Positions 19,185 to 28,952 of a stretch of 64,000 nucleotides of DNA are shown here, in pieces. Source of the DNA: an uncultured Actinomycetota bacterium (GTDB lineage Bacteria; Actinomycetota; Actinomycetes; Propionibacteriales; Propionibacteriaceae). The DNA is taken from contig CAWBUC010000020.1 in the NCBI GenBank assembly GCA_963791865.1, forward strand, positions 40,306-104,305, in the 5' to 3' direction. The position numbers and the translations under genes are program-made. Under the pieces are notes generated by a model, which made no database searches, was not told where the DNA came from, and saw only the letters and a program-made list of their open reading frames with translations. The stretch's first letter is position 1, and the number at the start of each line of letters is the position of its first letter.

Positions 19185-21127
19185 CGGTTAACACGCACCT
19201 GATGCTCGTAGGAGTAGACCAGCCCGATGTCGGGCAGGTCGAGCCGCTGGACCGTTTCGCCGCGGCGACCGGTGTCGGCCTCGGCCGGGAAGAGGGAAAC
19301 CCGGACCTCGCGGGACATGTCGACACCGGGGATCCGGGCCAGGGCGGCGTGCACCTCGTGGGACTGTACGGAGCGACCGAACGGCCAGCCGGTCCCATCC
19401 GGACCCCCGGACAACGGGTCGTAGAGGCGGTAGAGGGCGCGGAGCACCTCGGCGCGCACCTCGGCGCGGTCGAAGCGGGGCCGGGCACTCAGACTGACCA
19501 CCGCGGTGAGCCAGGTGTAGTCCGGTGGCTGGACCAGCAGTCGGGTCCCCACCAGCCGCCGACTGTCGAGACTGGTGCTGATCCGCTCGAGGGTGTCCGG
19601 ATGGGGATTCAGATCCTCGCGGTTGATCCGGCCGACGTCGTCGCCGGCCACGTGCGGGACGACCAGCACTCGGACGCCCGCCGACTGATCGGCGTCGGCG
19701 ACGCAGGAGACCCGGGCCGCCTCGGGAGCCACGTCGTGCGCAAGCTGTTCGAAGTCTTCGGCCGTGACGGCCCGGCCGCGGGAGCGGAGCAGTAGCGGGC
19801 CGCGGGCCTTGGCGTCGTCGAGGGTCTCGGCCTCGGCGCCCCCGACGGCCGGCGCCCGGTTCTCCACCCGTGACACGTACGGGATCGAGGTCTTGAGCAC
19901 CCGGACCTGACCGCGCGCCACGTTGCCGCGCCGCCCGCCGCCCGTCCGGTACGAGTCGACCCGAAGGACCGTCCCCGCGGCGGGGATGGCCCCGAAGTTG
20001 GTCACGCCGCCGTCGGGCGCGCGGACCGCCGGACCGAATTGCACCTGTCCGGCGTAGGCGTCGATCCGGAAGTGTCGATCGTCGGCCCGCGATTGGGCGA
20101 AGTGCCCGGCCGGCGCCTCGTGCCAGACCTCCTCGGTCTCGCCGTACAGGGCGGTGAGCGTCGCGGGCGTCATTGAGGTGACGACCGGGCGTCGCTGCAG
20201 GGCGAACCGCTGACCGGCTGTCCCGTCGGACCGGCCGATCACCTCGCCCTGGATCACCTCGGCGTGCACCGCCGGCACCGTCCCCCCGACGGTCATGGCC
20301 TCGATCGACACCACGGTGGGCGGCGCGCTGTAGGTCGGTTGGTCCGGTTGGGCCTCGATCAGCCGGCAACGCAGCCAGCCCGCCCGTTCCCGAGCGATGA
20401 TCGAGGCCTGGTGGGTCTCCGGCACGTGCAGGACGACGTCGCCCGGTTTGTTCAGCCCACCGGTTTCGTCCGAGCCCACCTCGCAGGCCTCCCAGCCCGA
20501 ATCGCTCCACGCCTCCCAGACCACGGGTGGCCGGCGCGGATCGACCCCCCGCCCGGACACCCGGCAGTCCATCCGGAGCAGCACCGCACAACTGGGGACG
20601 GCGTTGGACAGCCCCACCAACAACGCGTCGCCGGGGACGGGTGGGGAGGAGAAGCACCGGAATCCGGCGGCACCGAGGGCCGCCGTGCTGTCGACGGGTG
20701 AGCCGCCGGACGGGTGGGCGCCGGCGCGCTCGAAGGTGCAGGGCACGATCTGCAGCTCACGGGTCGTGCTGAAGACGACGGGGTCGCTCACGTCGGTGCG
20801 GGGCGTGGCCGCCTGGGACTCGCTCCGGACGAGCACGGGTTGCGGCTGGGGGGCGGACAGCCAGAAGGTCACCTCGCCCGTGGCCGCTGCCGGTGCCCGG
20901 AGCTCGACGCCGATCAGCTCGAGGAACTTGATGTAGTGCAGATCTGGGACCCGATTCAGCCGGAAGATGAGTTGGTCGACCATCTGCGCGAAGGCCTCGA
21001 TCAACGTCACACCCGGATCGGACACGTTGTGGTCGGTCCAGGTGGGGCAGCGCTGCTGCACCAGTCGCTTGGCGTCGTCGACGAGATCCTGGAAGTGACG
21101 GTCGTCGAGATTGGGAGCGGGCAACAT
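19181..21127 (-). CDS. Baseplate J-like assembly protein
   Basis: LPAPNLDDRHFQDLV, WTDHNVSDPGVTLIEAFA, YRTGGG.RGNV, RAVTAEDFE and GWPFGR motifs. Confidence 0.95.
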   Translation of the reverse strand: MLPAPNLDDRHFQDLVDDAKRLVQQRCPTWTDHNVSDPGVTLIEAFAQMVDQLIFRLNRVPDLHYIKFLELIGVELRAPAAATGEVTFWLSAPQPQPVLVRSESQAATPRTDVSDPVVFSTTRELQIVPCTFERAGAHPSGGSPVDSTAALGAAGFRCFSSPPVPGDALLVGLSNAVPSCAVLLRMDCRVSGRGVDPRRPPVVWEAWSDSGWEACEVGSDETGGLNKPGDVVLHVPETHQASIIARERAGWLRCRLIEAQPDQPTYSAPPTVVSIEAMTVGGTVPAVHAEVIQGEVIGRSDGTAGQRFALQRRPVVTSMTPATLTALYGETEEVWHEAPAGHFAQSRADDRHFRIDAYAGQVQFGPAVRAPDGGVTNFGAIPAAGTVLRVDSYRTGGGRRGNVARGQVRVLKTSIPYVSRVENRAPAVGGAEAETLDDAKARGPLLLRSRGRAVTAEDFEQLAHDVAPEAARVSCVADADQSAGVRVLVVPHVAGDDVGRINREDLNPHPDTLERISTSLDSRRLVGTRLLVQPPDYTWLTAVVSLSARPRFDRAEVRAEVLRALYRLYDPLSGGPDGTGWPFGRSVQSHEVHAALARIPGVDMSREVRVSLFPAEADTGRRGETVQRLDLPDIGLVYSYEHQVRVNR

Positions 21128-21130
21128 GGC

Positions 21131-21607
21131 CTAGCCTCCTGGGCCGGACGTCAACGCGAGTTCAGGAGTTCCGCCGATCTCGGGCTCGGCCGGGATGACG
21201 TAGAACGGGAAGACGAGGTTGCGCGGGTCGTTGAGCGCGCGGATCACGTAGCTGACGTCGACGTAGAGCCGCCCCTGCTCGATCGCGTCGAAGTCGACCG
21301 CCACCGCATTGACGTCGATGCGCGGCTCCCAGCGCTCCAGGGCCTCCCGCACGTCGTACGCGATCTGACCCTCGGTGGCCGAGTTGGCCGGACCGAAAAC
21401 GTGATCGTGGATCCGGCAGCCGAACTCTGGTCGCATCGGTCGCTCGCCGCGTGCGGTGCCGAGGATGAGCCGCATCGCCTGCTCGATCTCCCGCTCGCGG
21501 GTGACCAACGCGACCCCGCCGGTGGCGTCGGTGCCCAAGGGGTAGGACCAGCCGGCTCCGATGAAGTCCGTTCCGGGGATGCTCACGTCCGCTGCGCCGA
21601 CGGTCAT
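21131..21607 (-). CDS. GPW/gp25 family baseplate protein
   Basis: FIGAGWSYP, GERPMRPEFGC, WEPRI and NLVFPFY motifs. Confidence 0.95.
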   Translation of the reverse strand: MTVGAADVSIPGTDFIGAGWSYPLGTDATGGVALVTREREIEQAMRLILGTARGERPMRPEFGCRIHDHVFGPANSATEGQIAYDVREALERWEPRIDVNAVAVDFDAIEQGRLYVDVSYVIRALNDPRNLVFPFYVIPAEPEIGGTPELALTSGPGG

Positions 21608-21608
21608 C

Positions 21609-21890
21609 TCAACCTCCGATCATCACGGTCGGGCAGCCCATCACGATCGGGGCGCCGCAGGCCGACATGTCACCCATCCGGGCGGCCGGCATTCCGCCGA
21701 TCAGTACGGTCGGGCAGCCGGGCGGGATGATCGCTGTCGGTGGGTGGACCGCGGGTGGTGGGAACGAGCAGATGTGCGGCGTGCCGACGGTCGCGGCCGG
21801 CATCCCGCCGATCAGCACGGTCGGTACGCCCGGCGGTCCGATGACGCCGGGGTGACCGGTCGGGTCAGCGACCCGGGCAGCCATGGGCAT
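21609..21890 (-). CDS. PAAR spike-tip protein
   Basis: Repeated AARV / PAATV / PAARMGD motifs; TVLIGG; His and Cys metal ligands. Confidence 0.95.
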   Translation of the reverse strand: MPMAARVADPTGHPGVIGPPGVPTVLIGGMPAATVGTPHICSFPPPAVHPPTAIIPPGCPTVLIGGMPAARMGDMSACGAPIVMGCPTVMIGG

Positions 21891-21913
21891 AGTCGATCTC
21901 CTGATTCATCCGG

Positions 21914-23735
21914 TTAGTTGATCTTGACCATCGCTGCGGACACCGAGCACATCGCCCCGCCCTTGACCTCGGTGGTCCCGCTGCCTTCGAGTTTTGCGGT
22001 CACCCCCGACAGGCTGAGCTGACTGCCGGACTTCACCGACACGGCTCCCCCGCCGCCGTCCACGGTCACCCCCTGGGTGGCCTTCAGCGAGATCTGTCCA
22101 CCCTTGAGCTCCATCGCCGCACTGGCCGAGTCGATGGTGATGCCCTGGGATCCCTCGACCAGGATCTTCCCGTCCGCGTGCACGGTGATCGTGGTGCCGA
22201 CGTGATCGAGCTTCAGGAAGAGCTTGTCGTCCTTCGTGTTCAGCGAGATGCCTTCGGTCTTGCCGTTGTCGTCCAGCAGGTCGATCCGGTGGCCGTTCCG
22301 GGACACCATCGTCCGCCGGTTGACCGCACCCGACCCGCCGTCGATCAGGTCGGTCGGCCCGGCGGGCATCGTGTCGACGCCGTTGTAGAGGCCGCCGAGG
22401 ACGGTCGGGCGGATGAAGTCGCCCTGCTCGAACGCGACCAGCACCTCATCGCCGACCTCGGGCAGGACTGCCCAGCCGCGATCCTTGCCGGCACCGAGCT
22501 GAACGGTGCGGGCCCAGTCGCTCACGTAGTCGTCGGACAGCCACGGAAACGTCAGCTTGACCCGGCCGGCCTTCTCGGGGTCGTTCGTGTCACTGACCTG
22601 GGCGATGACCACACCCGGCTGGCGGCGACCGGCGCGCGAGCCGCCGGAGGCCAGCCCCAGCAGGGTGCGGTCTGCTCGGCCACTGACCGAGAACGAGGTC
22701 GTGTAGCCGGTGGTGGGCTCGATCCGGTGGCGCGACGTGGTCACCGTGTACTTCCCGTCGAACGGCTCGCCGAGTCCGGAGACGCTGATCGCTGCGCCGG
22801 CGCGGAGCTTCGGGTTGCCGCGCGCCACCCCCTCGAACTCGGCAAAGCCCGCGGCGCGTTCGTCGGCGAGCGCCTTCGCGGCCTCGTCGACCTCCGGCTG
22901 CGTGCGGTAGGGCACGTCGGCCGAGGTGTGCACGCTGTCGCCGAAGGCCTTCGCCAAACTCTCCGGACTGACCGTTGGCAGCTCTGCACTGCGCGTCTTG
23001 GCCGGGACGGTAGCGGTGAGCGCCTGCTTGGTCGCGACATCCCAGCCACGGACCTCGATCTCGGTGGTCTGTTGCGCTGAGGTGAGTACCGAGCGGAAGC
23101 GGAGCAGGTCCTTGCCCAGTTCCAGGACCAGCGGTTCGGACGTGTTCGATCCTCGTGCCGTCGGGGCGTCCGACGCCGTCGTCGGGGCGGTGAAGGAGAA
23201 CTTGCCGTCGCGAACAGCCACCTCGTACCCGTTGTCGCGAATCAGCTGCTGCAGCAGGTCCCAGTCCGTCTGCCCCGCCTGCGAAAGGTGGGGAAAGACG
23301 GTGGTGGTCGAGGACACCTCGCCGATCGTCAGTCCGGCGTCGCGGGCCACCAAGGTGGCGATGTCGGACGCGGTCATCTGGACGAAGCTCTGCGTACGTC
23401 GAGCCCGAAAGAGGCGGTGGGCCTCGTCGTAGCCCCGAATGACGGTGAAGGTGCCGCCGCTGTCGAACTCCGCCTCGACCGCCGTGAGCTCTCCTTCGAT
23501 GAGCGGCTCGGGTGCGGGACTGCCGGAAACCTGGACGCGGATCTTGACCTTCGCGCCCACCTTCGCACCCGACTTGCTGAGCACGATCCGGCCCGGATCG
23601 CGGAACCGCAGGCGTGAAGACGTCCGGCAGTCGCTGGCTGTCGTCGACGAAGGCCGAGATCAACAACGCCGCGACGTCGCTGGGCAGTTGCTGACCATCG
23701 ATCTCCACCAGCCACATGCTCGTGATAGAGCTCAT
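21914..23735 (-). CDS. vgrG: VgrG-like spike protein; frameshift near 23612
   Basis: Q..QTDWDLL, DPEKAGRVKLTFPW, LPEVGDEVLVAFEQGD and beta-helix C-terminus; N-terminus MSSITSMWLVEIDG joins via VFT[L]RFRDP after a 1-nt indel. Confidence 0.9.
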
Positions 23736-24515
23736 AGCGGCATCAGCTCCTCGGCCGGGGGCAGCAGCAGCGTCATGCCCACCGATAGCCGCAGCGGGTC
23801 GTCGATCCGGTTGTAGGCGGCCAACCGACGCCACATCGTCGGATCGCCGTACTCGGCGAAGGCGACGGAGGCGAACGAGTCGCCGGCCACCGTACGGTGC
23901 ACCCGACGCACGTCGTAGCCGCCGGACGTGGGGTTCTGCTTGAACGGGTCACCCGGCATCTCCTCCAGGGCAACGCTGCAGACCGCCCTGATCGGCATGC
24001 CGTCGGCGGTGAACAAGGTGTACTTCGCGCTGACCGAGGTGACGAAGGAGGCGAAGCTGCGGACCTTGCCCCAGTGGAAGACCACCAGCGGCGGCGCTGC
24101 CTTGTCCTTGGACCTGGCTCTTCTCGGTCGGGACGCAGCAGCTGAAGAGCTGCTCCACCGCGGTGACGACCGCGCCGTCCTGGGTGCTGGTGGCGTCGAA
24201 GAACATCTCGACGGTGAGCTTGCAGGGGTCGGCGCCGTTGAATTCCGGTGGTCCGGCCGACTTGCCGTTCTTGGCCGGTTCGCGTCCCCATTTCGCCGTC
24301 TTCGCGATGGTGACTTCCTTCGGGTTGAACTGGAACTTCAACTCCCCCAGGAACTCCCCCGTCTGGCTGCCCCCGTCGGCGGGTTCGGCGCCGTACATCT
24401 TCAGCATGGCCGGCTGCATGCTCACGCGACTCGTGCTGCCCGCCGCGGCGCCCGTCTCCATCGGCTTGAGCAGTTTGGCGGCCGCCGGCACCTGGAGGGC
24501 GATCGGTTCGGTCAT
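23732..24515 (-). CDS. CIS tube-initiator / LysM-domain protein; frameshift near 24115
   Basis: FQFNPKE, then in a second frame VFHWG, FTADGMPIRA, QNPTSG and GDS..VA..EYGDP..WR.LA..N.IDDP (LysM-like). Confidence 0.88.
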
Positions 24516-24957
24516 CGCCCGGCCACCCGCCCCGGCAAGAACCCGTGGTAGGCCAGTTCGATGGTCTCCATCGCGACCTTCGCCGAGTCCTGATTCAGGC
24601 TGGGACCGGTCCAGCGGACCGGCAGAACTCCGTCGAGGTTCCAGGTCGACGATGGCGGTTCCGTCGGTTCCGCGGGCGATGATGCTCGCGGTGCGCAGGC
24701 TGACGCCAGTGGCGAAGCCCGCCAGCCAATGCCGTCAACTTCTCACTGTCCTTGCAGATCGGTCGCGTGAGCTTGATGTTGCTGTACTTGATCCGCGTCG
24801 GCAGCTGCCAGACGAAGCCGTTGTTGCCGCCTTCCTCGCGCTGCTCCAGCACCAGCTCACAGCCGAGACCCTCACAGGTGCTGAAGACCCCCAGGTCGGC
24901 TCCGTCGATCTCGACGGTGTAGCGGAGGCTGATCGCCGGTTCCCCCCGATCAGTCAT
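24512..24957 (-). CDS. T4 gp19-like tail tube protein (second tube / initiator); frameshifted
   Basis: FSTCEGL, EEGGNNGFVWQLPTRIKYSNIKLTR, then W..GVLPVRWTGP and METIELAYHGF in other frames. Confidence 0.85.
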
Positions 24958-24989
24958 GTCGCCGCCGATCCCGTGATCGCTGATATTTC

Positions 24990-27858
24990 TCAGGGCCGTA
25001 CATCACTCATCAGCCCTGCTCGTTCGCGGTCGAGCCATAGCTCGGATCGCAGCCGTGCCGACAACGGTTCAAAGAGTCGCCGCGCGAGTTCGTCGACGTC
25101 CGCGCCGGTCGCGGGAGCGCCCGGCGGCGCGGCGGCGGCAGCCGCGACCGTTGTCTCGGCGTCGGCGTCGGCGCCTCGGCCGCGGAGTCGCTGGCGGCCT
25201 CCTGTCGCTGAAGCACCGGAGCCGGCGGAGAAGTGGCGGGAGTCGCGGCGCCGGTCAGCTCGACAGTGGTGTAGTCGACGCTCGTGAAACCGCTCTCCTG
25301 CTCTACGCCGCCGGCCGCGGAAAACATCGAGGCGAACGACACCTCGGCACTCGACGTCGAAGGGCGGGCCACCGTCAGCTTCGTCGGGCGACGAGTCGTG
25401 CGCCGGTTGGCGTTGCACGATCGGCAACGCCGGCAACGTCGTCTTGGACCGTTGGGCAAGCGCCGGCTCGTGCTCGGGCGCGGCCGGCTCGTGCTCGGGC
25501 GCGGCCGTCTGCGGCAATGAAGGCCCCAGCGGTGTCGCGTCTCCTCCGGGGCTGGGAAAGGTCGGAAGCTCGTATACCTCCGCCACTTCCGGGCCGGTGT
25601 CAGCGAACGACGCGAACGGCTGAGGCAGGTAGGCGGTCTCCTCGGCGTTGAGCACCGGAGTGACAGCCTCGGCGGTGACCGAGCGCGCGACGGTCACGGG
25701 CAACTCCACGCTCGATCTGCTCACTGGGACGGCGTCCGGCAACGCAACTCGGCCGAGATGTTGGGCCAGCTGAGCATCAGGCGGCCGGGCCCCCGGCGGG
25801 GACGGGGTCGTTCCGGCGGCAGGAAACGTGACTCGCTGTACAACCGGCGCGGTCACCTCGCCGGCCGGCGCGGATCGGACCATCGGCTCCAGCTGGACGT
25901 ACGGGGTCCGTGTCCCGAGGAGCCCGACTGCCGGTGCGGGTGCAGCCTCTACTGCTACCGGCGGAGCCGGCGGGCTGATCGGCTCGAGCGGTTGCGCGGC
26001 AGGCGCCGGCCGCCCCGTGATCGACCGTCGCTCGCTGGCACCGAGTTCAGGTGGGTCGGCGACGAACGCGTGCTCGGTCGCCGCACGCTGCAGCGCGAGC
26101 GGTACGGGCAGCGCGCTGGCCGGCGAACTCCGACATCGAGTCTTCGCGCGCGAATCCGGCATCCGCGCGCGATGATTCGCGCGCGGATGCCGGTATCGCG
26201 CGCGGGAAGGCTTCGGAAGAACTGGGTGGAGTCGCCGATTCCTGACCGTCGTCGTGGAGCCTGGAGATCGCGGCGGCGAATCCGCTGAGCGGTGCCTTGT
26301 CCGGCTCGCTGCCTCGCGCAGCGGTCGGGCGCTCATCGGAACTGGCGGCGGCCGTCTGAGGCATCGCGAGGTCCAGATCAAGCGACTCCCCCGGCACGTC
26401 GTCCGGCGCCGAGGACCGACCTCGGAGCTGCCTTCGGTCTCCGCCGACGTCGGCGGCTTCTCGAGCGGTGCCACGGTCAGCTCACGCGCTGGTAGCTCGG
26501 GCCACTCGGCCCGCCTAGGCGACCGATCAGACACAACCGGCCAGACACGTGTCGTCCGCGGAGCCAGGGGTGCGAGCGTCCGCTGGACCGCAGGCGGATC
26601 GTCGGCAGCCGACGGGTCATCCCTGACGACAGCCGGTAGCGACGCCTCGGGATGTCAAGGGAGCCGTCGGCGCTTTCGTACCGGTGGACGCAGGGATGGG
26701 TTCGGCCTCCGGTCCGGCGGCTAGATCCTGATCGACAGGTGACGCGGATAGGCCCTTCGACGAGCTCAGGGCGCGAACAGGTGGATCGACCGGCTCCGGC
26801 GAGGCGTCCAACCGCTGAACGACAGGCGACGCGGATTGGCCCCTCGACAAGCCCAGGGCACGAACAGGTGGATCGACCGGCTCCGGCGAGCCGTCCAACC
26901 GCTGAACGACAGGCGACGCGGATTGGCCCCTCGACAGGCCCAGGGCACGAACAGGTGGATCGACCGGCTCCGGCGAGCCGTCCAACCGCTGAACGACAGG
27001 CGACGCGGATTGGCCCCTCGACAAGCCCAGAGCACGAACAGGTGGATCGACCGGCTCCGGCGAGCCGTCCAACCGCTGAACGCCAGGCGACGCGGATTGG
27101 CCCCTCGACAAGCCCAGGGCACGAACAGGTGGATCGACCGGCTCCGGCGAGCCGTCCAACCGCTGAACGACAGGCGACGCCGATTGGCCCCTCGACAAGC
27201 CCAGGGCACGCACAGGTGGATCGACCGGCTCCGGCGAGCTGTCCAACCGCTGAACCGACAAGTGCAGCGCGGATTGGCCCGTCGACAAGCTTAGGACGGG
27301 ACGCGGGTGACACGGACCGGCCGGTCGAGGCTGCAGGCGGTGGATCGTTCACGGCGCGCAGTGGCGCATCCGCCTCGCCCGGTACCGGCGAAGGTGGTCG
27401 GGGCCCACCTCGGGGGGCTCGGTCCAGGGCTCAAGCGCGACCTCGTCGGAGGATGCCGACCTGTCGACGAAGGATGCCCAGCTCACCGCCTGGCGTTGGA
27501 CGACCGGCTTGACCGCCGATCGGGGTACGGCCAACTCACCGGCCGAGCGATAGCGGTGCGGAGTGCCCGGCGACAGGTCGGCGAGTCCATCGACGAGACC
27601 GCCGGCCGCGCGTGCCGACACCGCATGTCCAAGCGGCGCCAGAAAGCTCGGATTCTGATGCGCCGTGAGGGAGCGGGCGAACACGTCGAGGGGCGCGGTC
27701 GGCGTGATGGGTTCGGCCAGCACCCGCTGGACGCCCGGCAGCTGCGGCCAGGCCGGCTCGCCTGGTGTCGGCCGCGGCGGATCCCCGGGGGTGGGTGCCG
27801 AAGGCCGGCCGGCAACCGGCCGGCTCAGCACCGCGCGGACCGAGGACCACCACGACAT
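24990..27858 (-). CDS. Large Pro/Ala-rich CIS protein with internal tandem repeats; several frameshifts
   Basis: N-terminus W..LP.VQR...F.RSL..QNPSFL..LGH.V...GLVDG; C-terminus DVDELARRLFEPLSARLRSELWLDRERAG; many VQR motifs. Confidence 0.7.
26735..27297 (-). repeat. Coding tandem repeat, ~6.5 copies of 87 bp (29 aa)
   Basis: Translates as SPEPVDPPVRALGLSRGQSASPVVQRLDG; copies nearly identical. Confidence 0.95.
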
Positions 27859-27868
27859 CTCGGGGCTC

Positions 27869-28024
27869 CTAGCTCTGCGAGATCCGCGTGTTCAATGCGG
27901 CGGTCTCGGCGACGAACCGCTGCCGCTCGGCGTGCTCCAGGTCGAGGATGTCGTCGCGGTTCCAGTGCAGGTAGTACGCGACGTACGCGATTTCGGCGTA
28001 GAGCCGGTCCGTCGCGTACGTCAT
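27869..28024 (-). CDS. Small DUF6760-like protein (51 aa), second half of the chaperone pair
   Basis: Read manually: MTYATDRLYAEIAYVAYYLHWNRDDILDLEHAERQRFVAETAALNTRISQS; ATGA overlap with the upstream gene. Confidence 0.85.
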   Translation of the reverse strand: MTYATDRLYAEIAYVAYYLHWNRDDILDLEHAERQRFVAETAALNTRISQS

Positions 28025-28470
28025 GATTCCCCCAGGCGCCCACCCGACACGTCGACGGCGAACCGGTGGTCGCAGGACGGACAGGTGACCGCGGCCCGGG
28101 TGTGTCCCTCGGTGTTCACCCGGCGGTAGAGGTCCTGCAGGAAGGCCAGATCGGTCGCGAAGAGGTTCTCGACCACGCCCGCGTGTACGTCGTCGATGGT
28201 CCCGATGCGGGTGATCACGCGAGCCAGCAGCACCACGGTCAGGTAGGCCTGGTTCTCCCGGACACGGTCGTCGCGCAGCGGGACGAGCTCGTCCCGCGCT
28301 GTGGCCAACCGCATGATCCCGTCCCGATGCACCGTCCCCGACCCGTCCACGTAGCCCCGGGGCAGCAGAAAGGCGAACTCGGTTCGGAGGTGCTCCTCGG
28401 GATGCGAACCGGAGTCGATGGGCGCGGCATCGGCGGCGGGATCGGGCAGCGTCAGCGACCCACGCCGCAT
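28021..28470 (-). CDS. Phage tail assembly chaperone-like protein
   Basis: TEFAFLLPRGYVD..G.VHRDG.MRLATARDE, LFATDLAFLQDLY, CPSC and RLGES; directly downstream of the tube gene. Confidence 0.85.
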   Translation of the reverse strand: MRRGSLTLPDPAADAAPIDSGSHPEEHLRTEFAFLLPRGYVDGSGTVHRDGIMRLATARDELVPLRDDRVRENQAYLTVVLLARVITRIGTIDDVHAGVVENLFATDLAFLQDLYRRVNTEGHTRAAVTCPSCDHRFAVDVSGGRLGES

Positions 28471-28913
28471 TACTCGACCTCGATCATTTCGCAGGTGAGG
28501 ACCAGCTTCTCGGTCAAGACACTGGTGTCACCGGCCTTCATCGAGCCGATCTCCAGGCTCTTGGGCCAGGCGTTGGTCAGCTTGTAGCGCTTGACCGCGG
28601 TACCCTCGTAGTCGTAGACGATGATCGCGCCGCCCTTGCGCACGTCGGCCATCTTCCCGAACTGACTGTCCTTCACCCACTTCTCGAAGCTCTGGTCCTC
28701 GCTGAGTCCGCGGGTCAACGTGATGTCGGGCACCTTCGGTCGGCCGGGCAGCTTGCGGATGACGTACTTGCCGTCCGGGCCGTTTTCCTTCAGTTCGACC
28801 ACGTCCTGCTCGATCTTGAGGCCGCTGACTTCGTTGATGCTCTTGATCGTGATGCCGTCGAACTCCAGTCCGAACGAGTGTCCGACACCCTTGTCGCCGG
28901 TGGGAAACGCCAT
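28470..28913 (-). CDS. Major tail tube protein (T4 gp19 family)
   Basis: FGLEFDG, EVSGLKIEQDVVE, KLPGR..ITLTRG and NAWP motifs. Confidence 0.95.
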   Translation of the reverse strand: MAFPTGDKGVGHSFGLEFDGITIKSINEVSGLKIEQDVVELKENGPDGKYVIRKLPGRPKVPDITLTRGLSEDQSFEKWVKDSQFGKMADVRKGGAIIVYDYEGTAVKRYKLTNAWPKSLEIGSMKAGDTSVLTEKLVLTCEMIEVE

Positions 28914-28952
28914 GATCAACTACCTTTCGTGTGTCTCGGGTTGGGGTGCGGA

